A stretch of DNA of 41,736 nucleotides from positions 1 to 41,736 of the forward strand of contig LJUI01000006.1 of NCBI GenBank assembly GCA_001303705.1. Reading direction: 5' to 3'. Made by a program: the position numbers and the translations under genes. Shown here one piece after another: positions 10,033 to 19,055 of this stretch. This stretch comes from a candidate division TA06 bacterium SM23_40. GTDB taxonomy: Bacteria > LJUI01 > SM1-40. A model generated the notes under the pieces. The model saw only the letters and a list, made by a program, of their open reading frames with translations. It did not search any database and was not told the DNA's origin. Within the stretch, counting starts at the first letter, position 1; each line of letters opens with the position of its first letter.

Positions 10033-11340
10033 ATGGCCACCCTGAAGGAAACGTTGGCAGCGAAGATTGAACCGATGAGAAAGGAGGTTCAGGCAGTCCT
10101 CAAGAACCACGGGGACAACGTCGTCTCCGAGGTGACAGTCACCCAGGCCTACGGCGGCATGAGAGGGGTCAAGTGCATGGTGACCGAAACCTCGGCCCTC
10201 GACCCGATGGAGGGAATCCGCTTCCGCGGATACAATATCCCCCAGCTGCGAGAGAAGTTGCCGAAGGCTCCGGGCGGCGAAGAGCCACTCCCCGAGGGCA
10301 TCTTCTATCTGCTCCTCACCGGCGATCTCCCTACAGAGAAGAACGTCAAGGAAGTGACGGAGGAGTGGAAGAAGCGGAGCACGTTGCCAGACCATCTCGT
10401 CAAAACGATGGACGCAGTGCCGAAGGATACGCACCCGATGACCCAGTTCTCCCTCGGGATTCTCGCCCTCCAGCGCGATTCGGTCTTCGTCCAGAAATAC
10501 CGTGAGGGGATGAGCAAGCTCGAGTACTGGGATCCGACGTACGAAGACGTCATGAATCTGCTGGCTAAGCTCCCCGGGATCGCGTCCTATATCTATCGGC
10601 GCAGCTACAAAGACGGGAAGCGGATTCCGGCAGATCCCAAGCTCGACTGGGGTGGCAACTTCGCGCACATGATGGGCGTCGAGAATGAAGAGTACAAGGA
10701 ACTGATGAGGCTGTACCTCGTGCTCCACAGCGACCACGAGGGAGGCAATGTCAGCGCCCACACAACTCATCTCGTCGGCTCAGCACTCTCCGATCCTTAC
10801 TACGCGCTCAGCGCTGGCATCAATGGGCTCGCCGGACCGTTGCACGGGCTCGCCAACCAGGAAGTGCTGCGGTGGATCATGGAGGTGAAGGAAGAACTGG
10901 GAGGGGGAGTCCCGACAAAGAAGCAGCTGGTCGACTTTCTCTGGGATACGCTGAAGAGCGGAAAGGTGATTCCCGGGTATGGCCACGCCGTTCTGAGACA
11001 GACCGACCCCCGGTACACTGCCCAGCGGGAGTTCGCTCTCAAGCATTGCCCGGAGGACGAAACCTTCAAGATCGTCAGCATGATCTTCGAGGTCGCTCCC
11101 GGAATCCTTCAGGAGCACGGCAAGGCAAAGAATCCGTGGCCGAACGTGGATGCCCACTCCGGCTGTCTCCAGGTGTACTACGGCGTCGTCGAGTACGACT
11201 TCTACACCGTCCTCTTCGGCGTATCTCGTGCCATGGGCGTGCTCTGCTCGCTGATCTGGGACCGAGCGCTCGGACTGCCGATCGAAAGACCCAAGTCGAT
11301 CACAACCGGGTGGGTCAAGGAGCATGTAAAGGCGAAGTAG
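10033..11340 (+). CDS. gltA: citrate (Si)-synthase, eukaryotic type
   Basis: YGGMRG, GIRFRG, HSDHEGGNVSAH, GLAGPLHGLANQEV, PGYGHAVLR.TDPR, NPWPNVDAHSG; AGGAGG before ATG 10033. Confidence 0.95.
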   Translation: MATLKETLAAKIEPMRKEVQAVLKNHGDNVVSEVTVTQAYGGMRGVKCMVTETSALDPMEGIRFRGYNIPQLREKLPKAPGGEEPLPEGIFYLLLTGDLPTEKNVKEVTEEWKKRSTLPDHLVKTMDAVPKDTHPMTQFSLGILALQRDSVFVQKYREGMSKLEYWDPTYEDVMNLLAKLPGIASYIYRRSYKDGKRIPADPKLDWGGNFAHMMGVENEEYKELMRLYLVLHSDHEGGNVSAHTTHLVGSALSDPYYALSAGINGLAGPLHGLANQEVLRWIMEVKEELGGGVPTKKQLVDFLWDTLKSGKVIPGYGHAVLRQTDPRYTAQREFALKHCPEDETFKIVSMIFEVAPGILQEHGKAKNPWPNVDAHSGCLQVYYGVVEYDFYTVLFGVSRAMGVLCSLIWDRALGLPIERPKSITTGWVKEHVKAK

Positions 11341-11407
11341 CGCGACGACCACTCAGAAACGACCCCGGAGCATCCCGCCGACCAGGCGGAGATGCTGCAC
11401 ATCAGCT

Positions 11408-11441
11408 AAGGGGGATGGCTATTGCCGTCCCCCTTCTCTTT
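11408..11441 (+). terminator. intrinsic terminator after citrate synthase
   Basis: AAGGGGGATGGC-TATT-GCCGTCCCCCTT followed by CTCTTT. Confidence 0.75.
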
Positions 11442-11549
11442 GTCCGTCGCAGTCCCCTCTGCCCGTTCCCGGCTTACGCGACGTCCCGACGCGACGTCCT
11501 GAAAAGAAGACGTAACTATCTTCCCCCTCGCACCCGAGCAAATGTCCCA

Positions 11550-11578
11550 TTGCCAATGCAGCTCATCTATGATAGTAT
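11550..11578 (+). promoter_or_regulatory. sigma70-type promoter for glycosyltransferase cluster
   Basis: TTGCCA-N17-TAGTAT with TG extension. Confidence 0.5.
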
Positions 11579-11674
11579 GCCCCGCCAGGGCATTCTGCGC
11601 CCGAAACTCGGCTTCCCTGCGACTCGTACGGAGCGGCCTCTACACAGCCATCGACCGAGGGAGAGGAAGCGCAT

Positions 11675-12919
11675 ATGCAAGGGGTCAGGCGCGTCACGAT
11701 GGTCATCCCCTCCTACTGGAGGCCAGAGTCTCAGCCCGATACGGAAGGAATCGAGCCGTCACTCTCTGGAGAAGAAGAGAGTCTATTCGACCACCCCACA
11801 CCACTGAATGAACAGGGTACTCTTCCCAGACTCCTCAGTAGCCTGGAGACCCTGCATGATCTCCCACCGCGCAATGCCGGCATCTTCACGCTTGTCATCA
11901 TCGCCGTCCCAACTCTCTCCCGCATCGCCGATCAGGTACTGGCCAAGTTGGAAGAGCTGATCCATCCATATCGCCGACGATATGACATCCGGATACTACA
12001 CGCCCACAACCTCGAACATCTGAAGAACGAGCTGATCGCCGAAGGCGTATCTGGTGGTGCCTGCGAGCTGATAGGGCTCAATAACTATGCTGCCGTCCGC
12101 AACATGTGCTCGTTGGCGAGCATCCTCAACGGCAGCCAACTCGCTCTGTTCATCGACGACGACGAGGTGTTTATCGATCCCGACTTCTTACGGGAGGCGC
12201 AGGAGTTTACCGGTGGCGAATGGGACGGACGACCGGTGCGAGCGGTGGCAGGGTACTACCTCCAGCCTGATACCTACCGGCTCGACGTCAGCAAAACCCC
12301 GGCATGGCGCAGGCCCTACTGGGATAACGCGAGCGCGATGAACGAGGCATTCGATCTCATCATCGGGAGAGCGCCCCGGTTGAAGCCCACCCCATTCGTC
12401 TTCGGCGGGAACATGGTTGTCGAATGCGACCTTCTCAGCCGGATCCCGTTCGATCCCCTCATCACGCGGGGCGAAGACATCGACTTCCTCATCAACCTGA
12501 GGGCCAACGGCGTCACATTCTGGCTCGACCGTGAGCTGTCGATCAAGCACCTGCCCCCCCGGTCCTCCTCGCCCGACTGGAAGAAGTTGCGAGAAGACGC
12601 CAGGCGATTCCTCTACGAACGCAAGAAGCTCGCCGACCACAGCGATCTGGACGGCCTCGACCGGCAGGCGCTCATGCCGTACCCGGGCCTGTTCTTGGGG
12701 CCGGATCTCGAAGAGCGTATCATCAAGACGAGCCTTCTCCTCAAACAGGAATACGAATCCGCCTCCCGGCACCAGGAAGCGCCGGAATGCGACGCCATCG
12801 CAGCACTGGCGGAAGAGAATCCATATGCCCGGATCGACACGAAGAGGTGGCTCGTGGACCTGACGGAACGATGGCAGGAACTGACCGCGGCGGCAGCAGC
12901 ACGGGGAATCCCCCCGTGA
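11675..12919 (+). CDS. GT-A fold (family 2-like) glycosyltransferase-related protein
   Basis: YAAVRN, FIDDDE (DXD), FGGNM, RGEDIDF motifs; GGAGAGG RBS. Confidence 0.65.
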   Translation: MQGVRRVTMVIPSYWRPESQPDTEGIEPSLSGEEESLFDHPTPLNEQGTLPRLLSSLETLHDLPPRNAGIFTLVIIAVPTLSRIADQVLAKLEELIHPYRRRYDIRILHAHNLEHLKNELIAEGVSGGACELIGLNNYAAVRNMCSLASILNGSQLALFIDDDEVFIDPDFLREAQEFTGGEWDGRPVRAVAGYYLQPDTYRLDVSKTPAWRRPYWDNASAMNEAFDLIIGRAPRLKPTPFVFGGNMVVECDLLSRIPFDPLITRGEDIDFLINLRANGVTFWLDRELSIKHLPPRSSSPDWKKLREDARRFLYERKKLADHSDLDGLDRQALMPYPGLFLGPDLEERIIKTSLLLKQEYESASRHQEAPECDAIAALAEENPYARIDTKRWLVDLTERWQELTAAAAARGIPP

Positions 12920-13014
12920 GTTCGAGATAGCCCGCGAGTCCCTCGCCGCAAGGCGCGGGAGAGCATGATGAAGCGAGTCACCATTTGTGCCCTTCCCAGG
13001 AGGGTAGACCGGAA

Positions 13015-14241
13015 TTGAGGATCCTGTTTGTGCCGAAGGAGCTCCCGCACGGCAAAGTCATCGGTGGGCCTATCATAATCTACAATCGCATCAAGTACCT
13101 GTCCCGCAATCACGAAGTAGGTCTCGCTTCCTTCATGCGTGAGCAGGATCGCCAGTATCTCGACACACTCACGCCCTACCTGTTCGAAATGGAGCTGGTG
13201 GCGTATCCCCCTCCGCGCGGCATCTGGCGGAAGATCGGCGACTATCTCTTCTCCCACGTACCTCCTTACATGTGCAACACCAGATCAGCGGCGATGCGTG
13301 AGGCAGTAGGCGAGATGACCAGACGCTCTTGCTATGATGCGGTGATAGCCGAGTACTCCGTGATGGGGCAGTATCTGTACCAGAACGAAAAGATCAGTCC
13401 GTCTACCAAGAGAGTCATCTCTGTACACGAGTGCTACACGATCGCACGCAAGAAGGTGCTGGCACTGTACGGACCGTTTTCTCGACGCGGACTCGCGGCG
13501 CTGATCGACCTCCGTCGCCTGGAAACCTATGAGTTCGCTATGTACCGCGATGCTGATAGGATCATCACTCTCACGCCGCAAGAGCGAGATGGCCTGCTGA
13601 GCTATGCACCCGACCTGACGATCGATGTAGTACCCCATGGGACGGATACTGAGCTGTTCATCCCGGCCCCGCCCGAAGAACGCGAGACGAGCGTCGCGTT
13701 CCTCGGTAACTACCCACACGACCCCAACCGGGACGCAGTCATCCACTTCATCGACAAGATCTGGCCGCGACTCAAGCAGAAGATCCCGGGTATCGTCTTC
13801 TACGTGATCGGACGGGGCCCGACTTCGGATATTCTGGCTGCTGCCGAACGAGACCCTTACATCCGCGTCACCGGGCAGGTAGAAGATGTGCGCACCTATC
13901 TCCGGCGGACACGTATCTTCGTGGCACCGATACGATTGGGAAGGGGGTTCCGAGGCAAGATCCTCGAGGCGATGGCGATGGGAATACCAGTCGTCACGAC
14001 CTCCCTCGGCGCGGAGGGCATCCCCGCAAAGGACCTCGAGAACATTGCAATCGCCGATGATAGCGATGCATTTGTCGAACGAACGGTCAGGCTGTTTGAG
14101 GACGCGGAGCTGTACGAGAAGATCTCCCGGGCGGCCCGCACACTTGTCGAGGACAATTTCTCCTGGGAAAGAGGGGTCGCCATACTCGAGCGTGTTCTAC
14201 TGGATGTCGTGACAGGAGAGCGGAGACGAAATGGAGACTAG
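13015..14241 (+). CDS. glycosyltransferase family 4 (GT-B)
   Basis: RILF start, VVPHG.D, FLGNY...PN.DA, KILEAMAMGIPVVTT..GAEG, FSWE; probable TTG start 13015 after AGGAGG. Confidence 0.9.
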   Translation: MRILFVPKELPHGKVIGGPIIIYNRIKYLSRNHEVGLASFMREQDRQYLDTLTPYLFEMELVAYPPPRGIWRKIGDYLFSHVPPYMCNTRSAAMREAVGEMTRRSCYDAVIAEYSVMGQYLYQNEKISPSTKRVISVHECYTIARKKVLALYGPFSRRGLAALIDLRRLETYEFAMYRDADRIITLTPQERDGLLSYAPDLTIDVVPHGTDTELFIPAPPEERETSVAFLGNYPHDPNRDAVIHFIDKIWPRLKQKIPGIVFYVIGRGPTSDILAAAERDPYIRVTGQVEDVRTYLRRTRIFVAPIRLGRGFRGKILEAMAMGIPVVTTSLGAEGIPAKDLENIAIADDSDAFVERTVRLFEDAELYEKISRAARTLVEDNFSWERGVAILERVLLDVVTGERRRNGD

Positions 14242-15241
14242 CGTGAAACGGTGCAGAAAGTGCATTCTCCCGGCGAATGCCCCTAATATCAGGTTCGATC
14301 GCCACGGTATCTGCAACTATTGTGACACGTATCGCCGCATCGAATACCAGGGCGAGGATGCCCTACTCGAGCTCATCGACCATCACCGCGGCTCGTCCCG
14401 ATGCTACGACTGCATCGTGAATATCAGCGGAGGGAGGGACAGCTCGTACGCGATATTGAAGATATCAAAGAATTATGGCATGAAGGTGCTCGCCGTCAAC
14501 TACAAGAACCCGTATACCCATCCTCTCGCCGCAGAGAACATTGCCAGGATCAGAGATGTATTGAAGGTCGATCTCGTCCAGTTCCAACTCCGGGGGAATC
14601 TACACCGGACACTATTACAGAGCAACCTGCGCGCATGGTATGCGAATCCATCGGCCGCAATGGTTCCCATGGTATGCCTTGGATGCAAGCTCATCTGGGC
14701 AGAGATCATGAGACTGGCCCGACAACATGGCATCAGTATGATCATATCCGGAGGGAACCTGTTGGAGCAGGTCGGGTTCTGGCGCGAACTACTCGGAGTC
14801 AGCCGTGACGCCCGCATCCATCAGTTCTATTCGCTTTATGCCGTGGGGCTGCTGCGAGAGGCTGCCAGAAACTTCAAGTATCTCAACCGGAAAACGCTCA
14901 TCCACACTATTCGCGGCTACTGCTATGCCAACCCTAACGCACCTTTCGTTCGTCTGTCGGGACGGGGCCTGGCCAGAGTCGATCTCTTCCACTTCGTACC
15001 GTGGGACGAAACAGAAGTAGTATCCCGCATCGAAGAGGAGCTGGAGTGGCGATCTCCGCCACCACCTTCCGGTACCTGGCGTTTCGACTGCAAGATCGGG
15101 CAACTGAAGGAGTACATGTATTCGCTCACCCTCGGCATGAGCGAGAAGGAAGGGTTCTACAGCAGGATGATACGGGAAGGACTTATCTCGCGGGAAGTCG
15201 CCCTCCGGAGGGTGGCGAGAGAGAGCAGACTGGATTGGTAA
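14231..15241 (+). CDS. N-acetyl sugar amidotransferase (WbuX-like PP-loop ATPase), possibly C-terminally truncated
   Basis: CRKC...GICNYC N-terminal Cys cluster, YDCIVNISGGRDSS PP-loop, WRFDC, IREGLISRE.AL. Confidence 0.8.
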   Translation: METSVKRCRKCILPANAPNIRFDRHGICNYCDTYRRIEYQGEDALLELIDHHRGSSRCYDCIVNISGGRDSSYAILKISKNYGMKVLAVNYKNPYTHPLAAENIARIRDVLKVDLVQFQLRGNLHRTLLQSNLRAWYANPSAAMVPMVCLGCKLIWAEIMRLARQHGISMIISGGNLLEQVGFWRELLGVSRDARIHQFYSLYAVGLLREAARNFKYLNRKTLIHTIRGYCYANPNAPFVRLSGRGLARVDLFHFVPWDETEVVSRIEEELEWRSPPPPSGTWRFDCKIGQLKEYMYSLTLGMSEKEGFYSRMIREGLISREVALRRVARESRLDW

Positions 15242-15434
15242 GTGGTCGATGACCTCCTTTGCCAGATCGGCATCGACAGAGAACAGTTCGAGAAGCATGT
15301 TATCGGGAGGATACAACATCGAGGAACGATGCATCTTCAACCAGCACCCTCCTGGGTGCACCCGAGCCAACTCGAGGAGCGGTCGGCAGACTTCGGGGAA
15401 CCGATTCCCCACGAGCCGCGCCGAGATTCGGTTC

Positions 15435-16808
15435 ATGGAATATCCGAGTAGGGGGAGGCACCGCATCAAGCGATGGCGGGCGCCGTGCGCTGCCGCGGCG
15501 GTGGCTCTTCTACTTGCCATGTCGCTCGGCTGCGCCGAGTATGAGAGCCGGCATCTGGAATCCCTGTCAGAACTCCGCCTGGCGCAGGGGCAGAATGCAC
15601 TCAATGATGGCCGGTTCGTAGAGGCCGAGGATCTGGTGCACCTTGCACTCCTCCTCGACGACACAAACCACGACGCCCACCTGTGGATGGGGCGGATCCA
15701 GCTCACCAGGTACCGTCTCGAGCGAGCAGAGAGTCGCCTCAGACGCGCGATCGAGCTCGCCCCGCAAGCCCCCGATTCCTACTACCTCCTCGGCTATCTA
15801 TTCGAACTGGAGGGAGCGTTTCCGCGGGCCGCCGCCTACTACCGGAAACACCTGGCTCTGCTCCCTCCTGACTCGGACTCAGTTCTGCAGGCGGAGATAG
15901 AGACTCTCGCCCACTTCCTCGCCGCGTTCGGAACCGCCGAACCGTATGACCATGATAAGGCCACGCCACCCGCGAGCGTTGCGTTCGCAGGGGAAAGAGA
16001 TCGTGAAGACGCACTGCCCCTCGTGCCGGTCTCCATCAATGGCCTCCCGGAACGGGCGTTCTACCTCGACACCAAGCAGACGGGCTACCTCCGCATCTGC
16101 CGAGAGACGGCTGAGGCCACAGGACTGATCACGCCCGCGCCGAACGACCTCCGAGGTCTCCGGCCCGGGGCGGGAGATGATAGCTACCTGATGCTGATCG
16201 ACTCACTCTCGCTGGGTCCGCTCACCATCCGCAATGTGCCGGCATCGGTCGAGATCGCGGGTTGCGGCCAGCAGGTGGGGTCCGTGGGAGGAAAAATCGG
16301 GAGCCTCGACTTGCGTCTGTTCCTCATCACCTTCGACTTCCCGCGAGACAGCCTCACTCTCATCCCCTACCCTGATTCTCTCGATGAGTACACCCGGTTC
16401 ATCGACGCGGTGACGTCGCGGGGACTCATAATCAGGCCCCGATTCCTCAACGGACGAGTCTATGTCGAGGGCGAGATCGAAGAGAGAAGAGGGCTGCTTC
16501 TGCTCGACACCGGGGCCCTCCGGTCCACAGTAGTATCTTCGAACGCCTCTCTGTCCGGTGGCCCCGGCCATGCGATGAAGGGCGGGATGCCGCCCGACCC
16601 GGCGGCGCAGCAGCCCGAGGGCAGTCTATACCCTGAAACAGCCCGCGATGTCTGGTTCTCCTTCGGAGGCCTCGTGGAGCGAACAGATGTGGTGCAACTG
16701 GTCTACGAACGCACTCACCCCCTCGAGATCGGCCGTCTGGGGCTCGACATACTCGGGCGGTATCGAGTAACGCTCTCCTACCGGGGCAGCTTCGTGATGT
16801 TCGAGTAG
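15435..16808 (+). CDS. lipoprotein with TPR repeats and two retropepsin-like aspartyl protease domains
   Basis: Basic N-region, hydrophobic stretch and SLGC lipobox; TPR-like helices; FYLDTK and LLLDTGA motifs, G.IG and G.LG.D.L; start uncertain (ORF open from 15249). Confidence 0.7.
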   Translation: MEYPSRGRHRIKRWRAPCAAAAVALLLAMSLGCAEYESRHLESLSELRLAQGQNALNDGRFVEAEDLVHLALLLDDTNHDAHLWMGRIQLTRYRLERAESRLRRAIELAPQAPDSYYLLGYLFELEGAFPRAAAYYRKHLALLPPDSDSVLQAEIETLAHFLAAFGTAEPYDHDKATPPASVAFAGERDREDALPLVPVSINGLPERAFYLDTKQTGYLRICRETAEATGLITPAPNDLRGLRPGAGDDSYLMLIDSLSLGPLTIRNVPASVEIAGCGQQVGSVGGKIGSLDLRLFLITFDFPRDSLTLIPYPDSLDEYTRFIDAVTSRGLIIRPRFLNGRVYVEGEIEERRGLLLLDTGALRSTVVSSNASLSGGPGHAMKGGMPPDPAAQQPEGSLYPETARDVWFSFGGLVERTDVVQLVYERTHPLEIGRLGLDILGRYRVTLSYRGSFVMFE

Positions 16809-16938
16809 ACCCCTCTGCCGCTCTTCCCAAGCCCCAGGATTCCCTCCAGCACGTCCCAGACGCAGGCCTCCCGTCCACGCCTGTCAGCTTTCCGCCCCGA
16901 GACCAGCCCCGCAGCCGGAATAAGGTCTCCACACCACA

Positions 16939-17082
16939 CTACCTGACCACCCCTGGAGAAGGCGTTACAAGCCGCCTTCGTGGCGAGAGCGGAAGGACGA
17001 GGCCCAGAGGGCTGCCTGTGCCAGGGCAACACAGAACATTTTTACCTGGCTAAGAATAGAACATTTCTATTTGGCATTGACA
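16939..17082 (+). mobile_element. remnant right end of IS1202/ISNCY-like insertion sequence
   Basis: Fragment encoding PDHPWRR, then imperfect direct repeats AGAACATTTTTACCTGGC (17033-17050) and AGAACATTTCTATTTGGC (17058-17075) ending in TTGACA (TGT terminus on the other strand). Confidence 0.65.
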
Positions 17083-17637
17083 CCCACGCCCGGACGCGTG
17101 GTGTGAAAAGGATGGACCTGAGAAAAAAGACGCTCCTGCTCCCTGCGCCGAATCCAATCCCCGGCCCTCCTGAGTTGTGTAACTATCCCTAGTATAGCCG
17201 GATAGAGGATGACTATAGAGCATGGCAGACGCGCCGCGGGTCCGGACCGAGGCACGATGACTGAGTTGAGTCGTCTGGGGAGGATCCACTGGCTCAAAGA
17301 CACCCCGGGTAAAGGAATTACGGCTGCCCGCCTTCAGCCCGTCGGCCACGCCTGCGTCCCCATCCGCACCTGGTGCGAATCTATCCACATCATCCTGCCC
17401 GGAGCGTCAATGCCTTCACCGGCACATCCGACAGCGGGGCGAAGACCCCGGGCTCTATCTCGCGGGAACCCAATATCTTCCGCCAGAACCCGGCACCCCT
17501 CCCCGGCAGCGGGCCACCGCGGCCAGTCGATGGCACCGTTCTTGCTACCCGTTGGCCAACGGAGGGCCCTCGGACGTATCCCGGACCTCCCGGGTGACGA
17601 CAACTGCAACCGTACACTGAACAACGAGCGATTTCTC

Positions 17638-18906
17638 ATGTTTCTTCTGTACCCGGTCGGCCACGATAAAGAGGTGTGGCGCACACCCTACGTCACACTC
17701 GGGTTGATTGCCGTCAATGCCATCATCTGGCTCCTCACCCTACCGCTCGTCCTCAGCTCGCCCGAGACCTTCTTGTCCCGCTTCGGACTCATACCGGCGG
17801 ATTTCAACTGGCTCTCGATCTTCACGTCGATGTTCCTTCACGCCGGACTGTTCCATCTCGTGGGGAACCTGTGGTTCCTCTATCTGGTCGGCTGCAATAT
17901 GGAGGATGTTTGGGGCCGCCTGCCGTTCCTTGGCTTCTTTCTCCTCGGGGGGGTGGCCGGCGCTCTGGCCCACATGGCCATGAACCTCGAATCGACAATC
18001 CCGTGCATCGGTGCGTCTGGCGCGATATCCGGTGTGATGGGCGCATTCATGGTCCGCAACTATCGGACGAAAATCAAGATAGGGTGGCTATTCATATTCA
18101 TTCCTTTTGTGCGCGCGGGCACATTCAAGGCGCAGGCGTACATCGTGTTCGGCTGGTGGTTCCTCGACCAGCTCCTGCTCGCCTCACTCGGCGGCGAAAG
18201 CGGCGTCGCCGTCTGGGCCCACATCGGGGGGTTCACGTTTGGGCTCGTCGTTGCTCTGTTGATGAAGGGAATGAGGATCGAGGAGCAGTATCTCACGCCG
18301 CGCTTAGAGCAGACAACAGAGCTGGTGGAACAGGACCCGAGGTTACTGCAGGCGATCGAGGCTCGTGCAAACGGCAGCCCGGAGCACTCTCTCGATCTGC
18401 TGCGCGAGATTATTGCCGATGCCCCCGACAATATCGACGCCCGCCTCGAGGCAGCCCAGCAACAGCTCTCCCTCGGCCAGACCGAGGATGCTCTCGTCAA
18501 CTACGACAACGCCATAGAGCAGCTCCTCAAGATCGGGGATGAGAATTCCGCATTGAATGTTCTCGCAGAGCTGTCCGCAGCCGAGCTCGACGGCAAGCTT
18601 GGCCCGAATTCGCTTTTCCGTCTGGCGAATCTCCACGCCGAACGCGAGCGGTACGATGAAGCCGCGCGCCTGTTTGGGCTCATCCCCCACCTCCATGCAT
18701 CCCACCCGCTCGCGCCTGTTGCGCTATACCGCTGTGGATCTATTTTGCGCGAGAAACTGGGCGATCTGAGATTGGCCGCTGGCGCCTACCGATATCTCAT
18801 CGAACACTACCCCGACACCGAATGGATCGCGAGCGTCCAGGACGCGCTCGCTGAAATGTCGGGAACTGATCTGTCTGCCTCGACCATATCGAGTTGTCCC
18901 ACCTGA
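17638..18906 (+). CDS. rhomboid family intramembrane serine protease with C-terminal TPR region
   Basis: SMFLHAG..HL.GN, VG.NMED.WG, GASGAISG (Ser), WAHIGG (His); helical TPR-like tail; probable start MFLLYP (ORF open from 17209). Confidence 0.9.
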   Translation: MFLLYPVGHDKEVWRTPYVTLGLIAVNAIIWLLTLPLVLSSPETFLSRFGLIPADFNWLSIFTSMFLHAGLFHLVGNLWFLYLVGCNMEDVWGRLPFLGFFLLGGVAGALAHMAMNLESTIPCIGASGAISGVMGAFMVRNYRTKIKIGWLFIFIPFVRAGTFKAQAYIVFGWWFLDQLLLASLGGESGVAVWAHIGGFTFGLVVALLMKGMRIEEQYLTPRLEQTTELVEQDPRLLQAIEARANGSPEHSLDLLREIIADAPDNIDARLEAAQQQLSLGQTEDALVNYDNAIEQLLKIGDENSALNVLAELSAAELDGKLGPNSLFRLANLHAERERYDEAARLFGLIPHLHASHPLAPVALYRCGSILREKLGDLRLAAGAYRYLIEHYPDTEWIASVQDALAEMSGTDLSASTISSCPT

Positions 18907-18930
18907 TCCCTTACTCCAGCTCCCGTAGAC

Positions 18931-18957
18931 AGAAAAGGGCCTCGGATATCCGAGGCC
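18931..18957 (-). terminator. hairpin terminator between convergent rhomboid and MBL genes
   Basis: Perfect palindrome GGCCTCGGATATCCGAGGCC (18938-18957) followed by CTTTTCT on minus strand. Confidence 0.65.
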
Positions 18958-19055
18958 ACAATACGTTGCAGAATCCATTTGGCCCTTCGAAGTGAGGGCC
19001 GCCATATGAGCCGTTGGTAGATTCAAGGCTCAACGGCGGGCGGAGCAGAAACCCA

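Noticed and set aside
15239-15241. Selenocysteine or pyrrolysine recoding in the amidotransferase
   Set aside because: The stop is TAA, not TGA or TAG; other genes use standard stops.
17033-17082. CRISPR mini-array or LexA-type operator
   Set aside because: Only two 18-bp copies with a 7-bp gap and no cas genes; better explained as an IS end.
17077-17110. Outward hybrid promoter from the IS-end TTGACA
   Set aside because: No plausible -10 hexamer 16-18 bp downstream.
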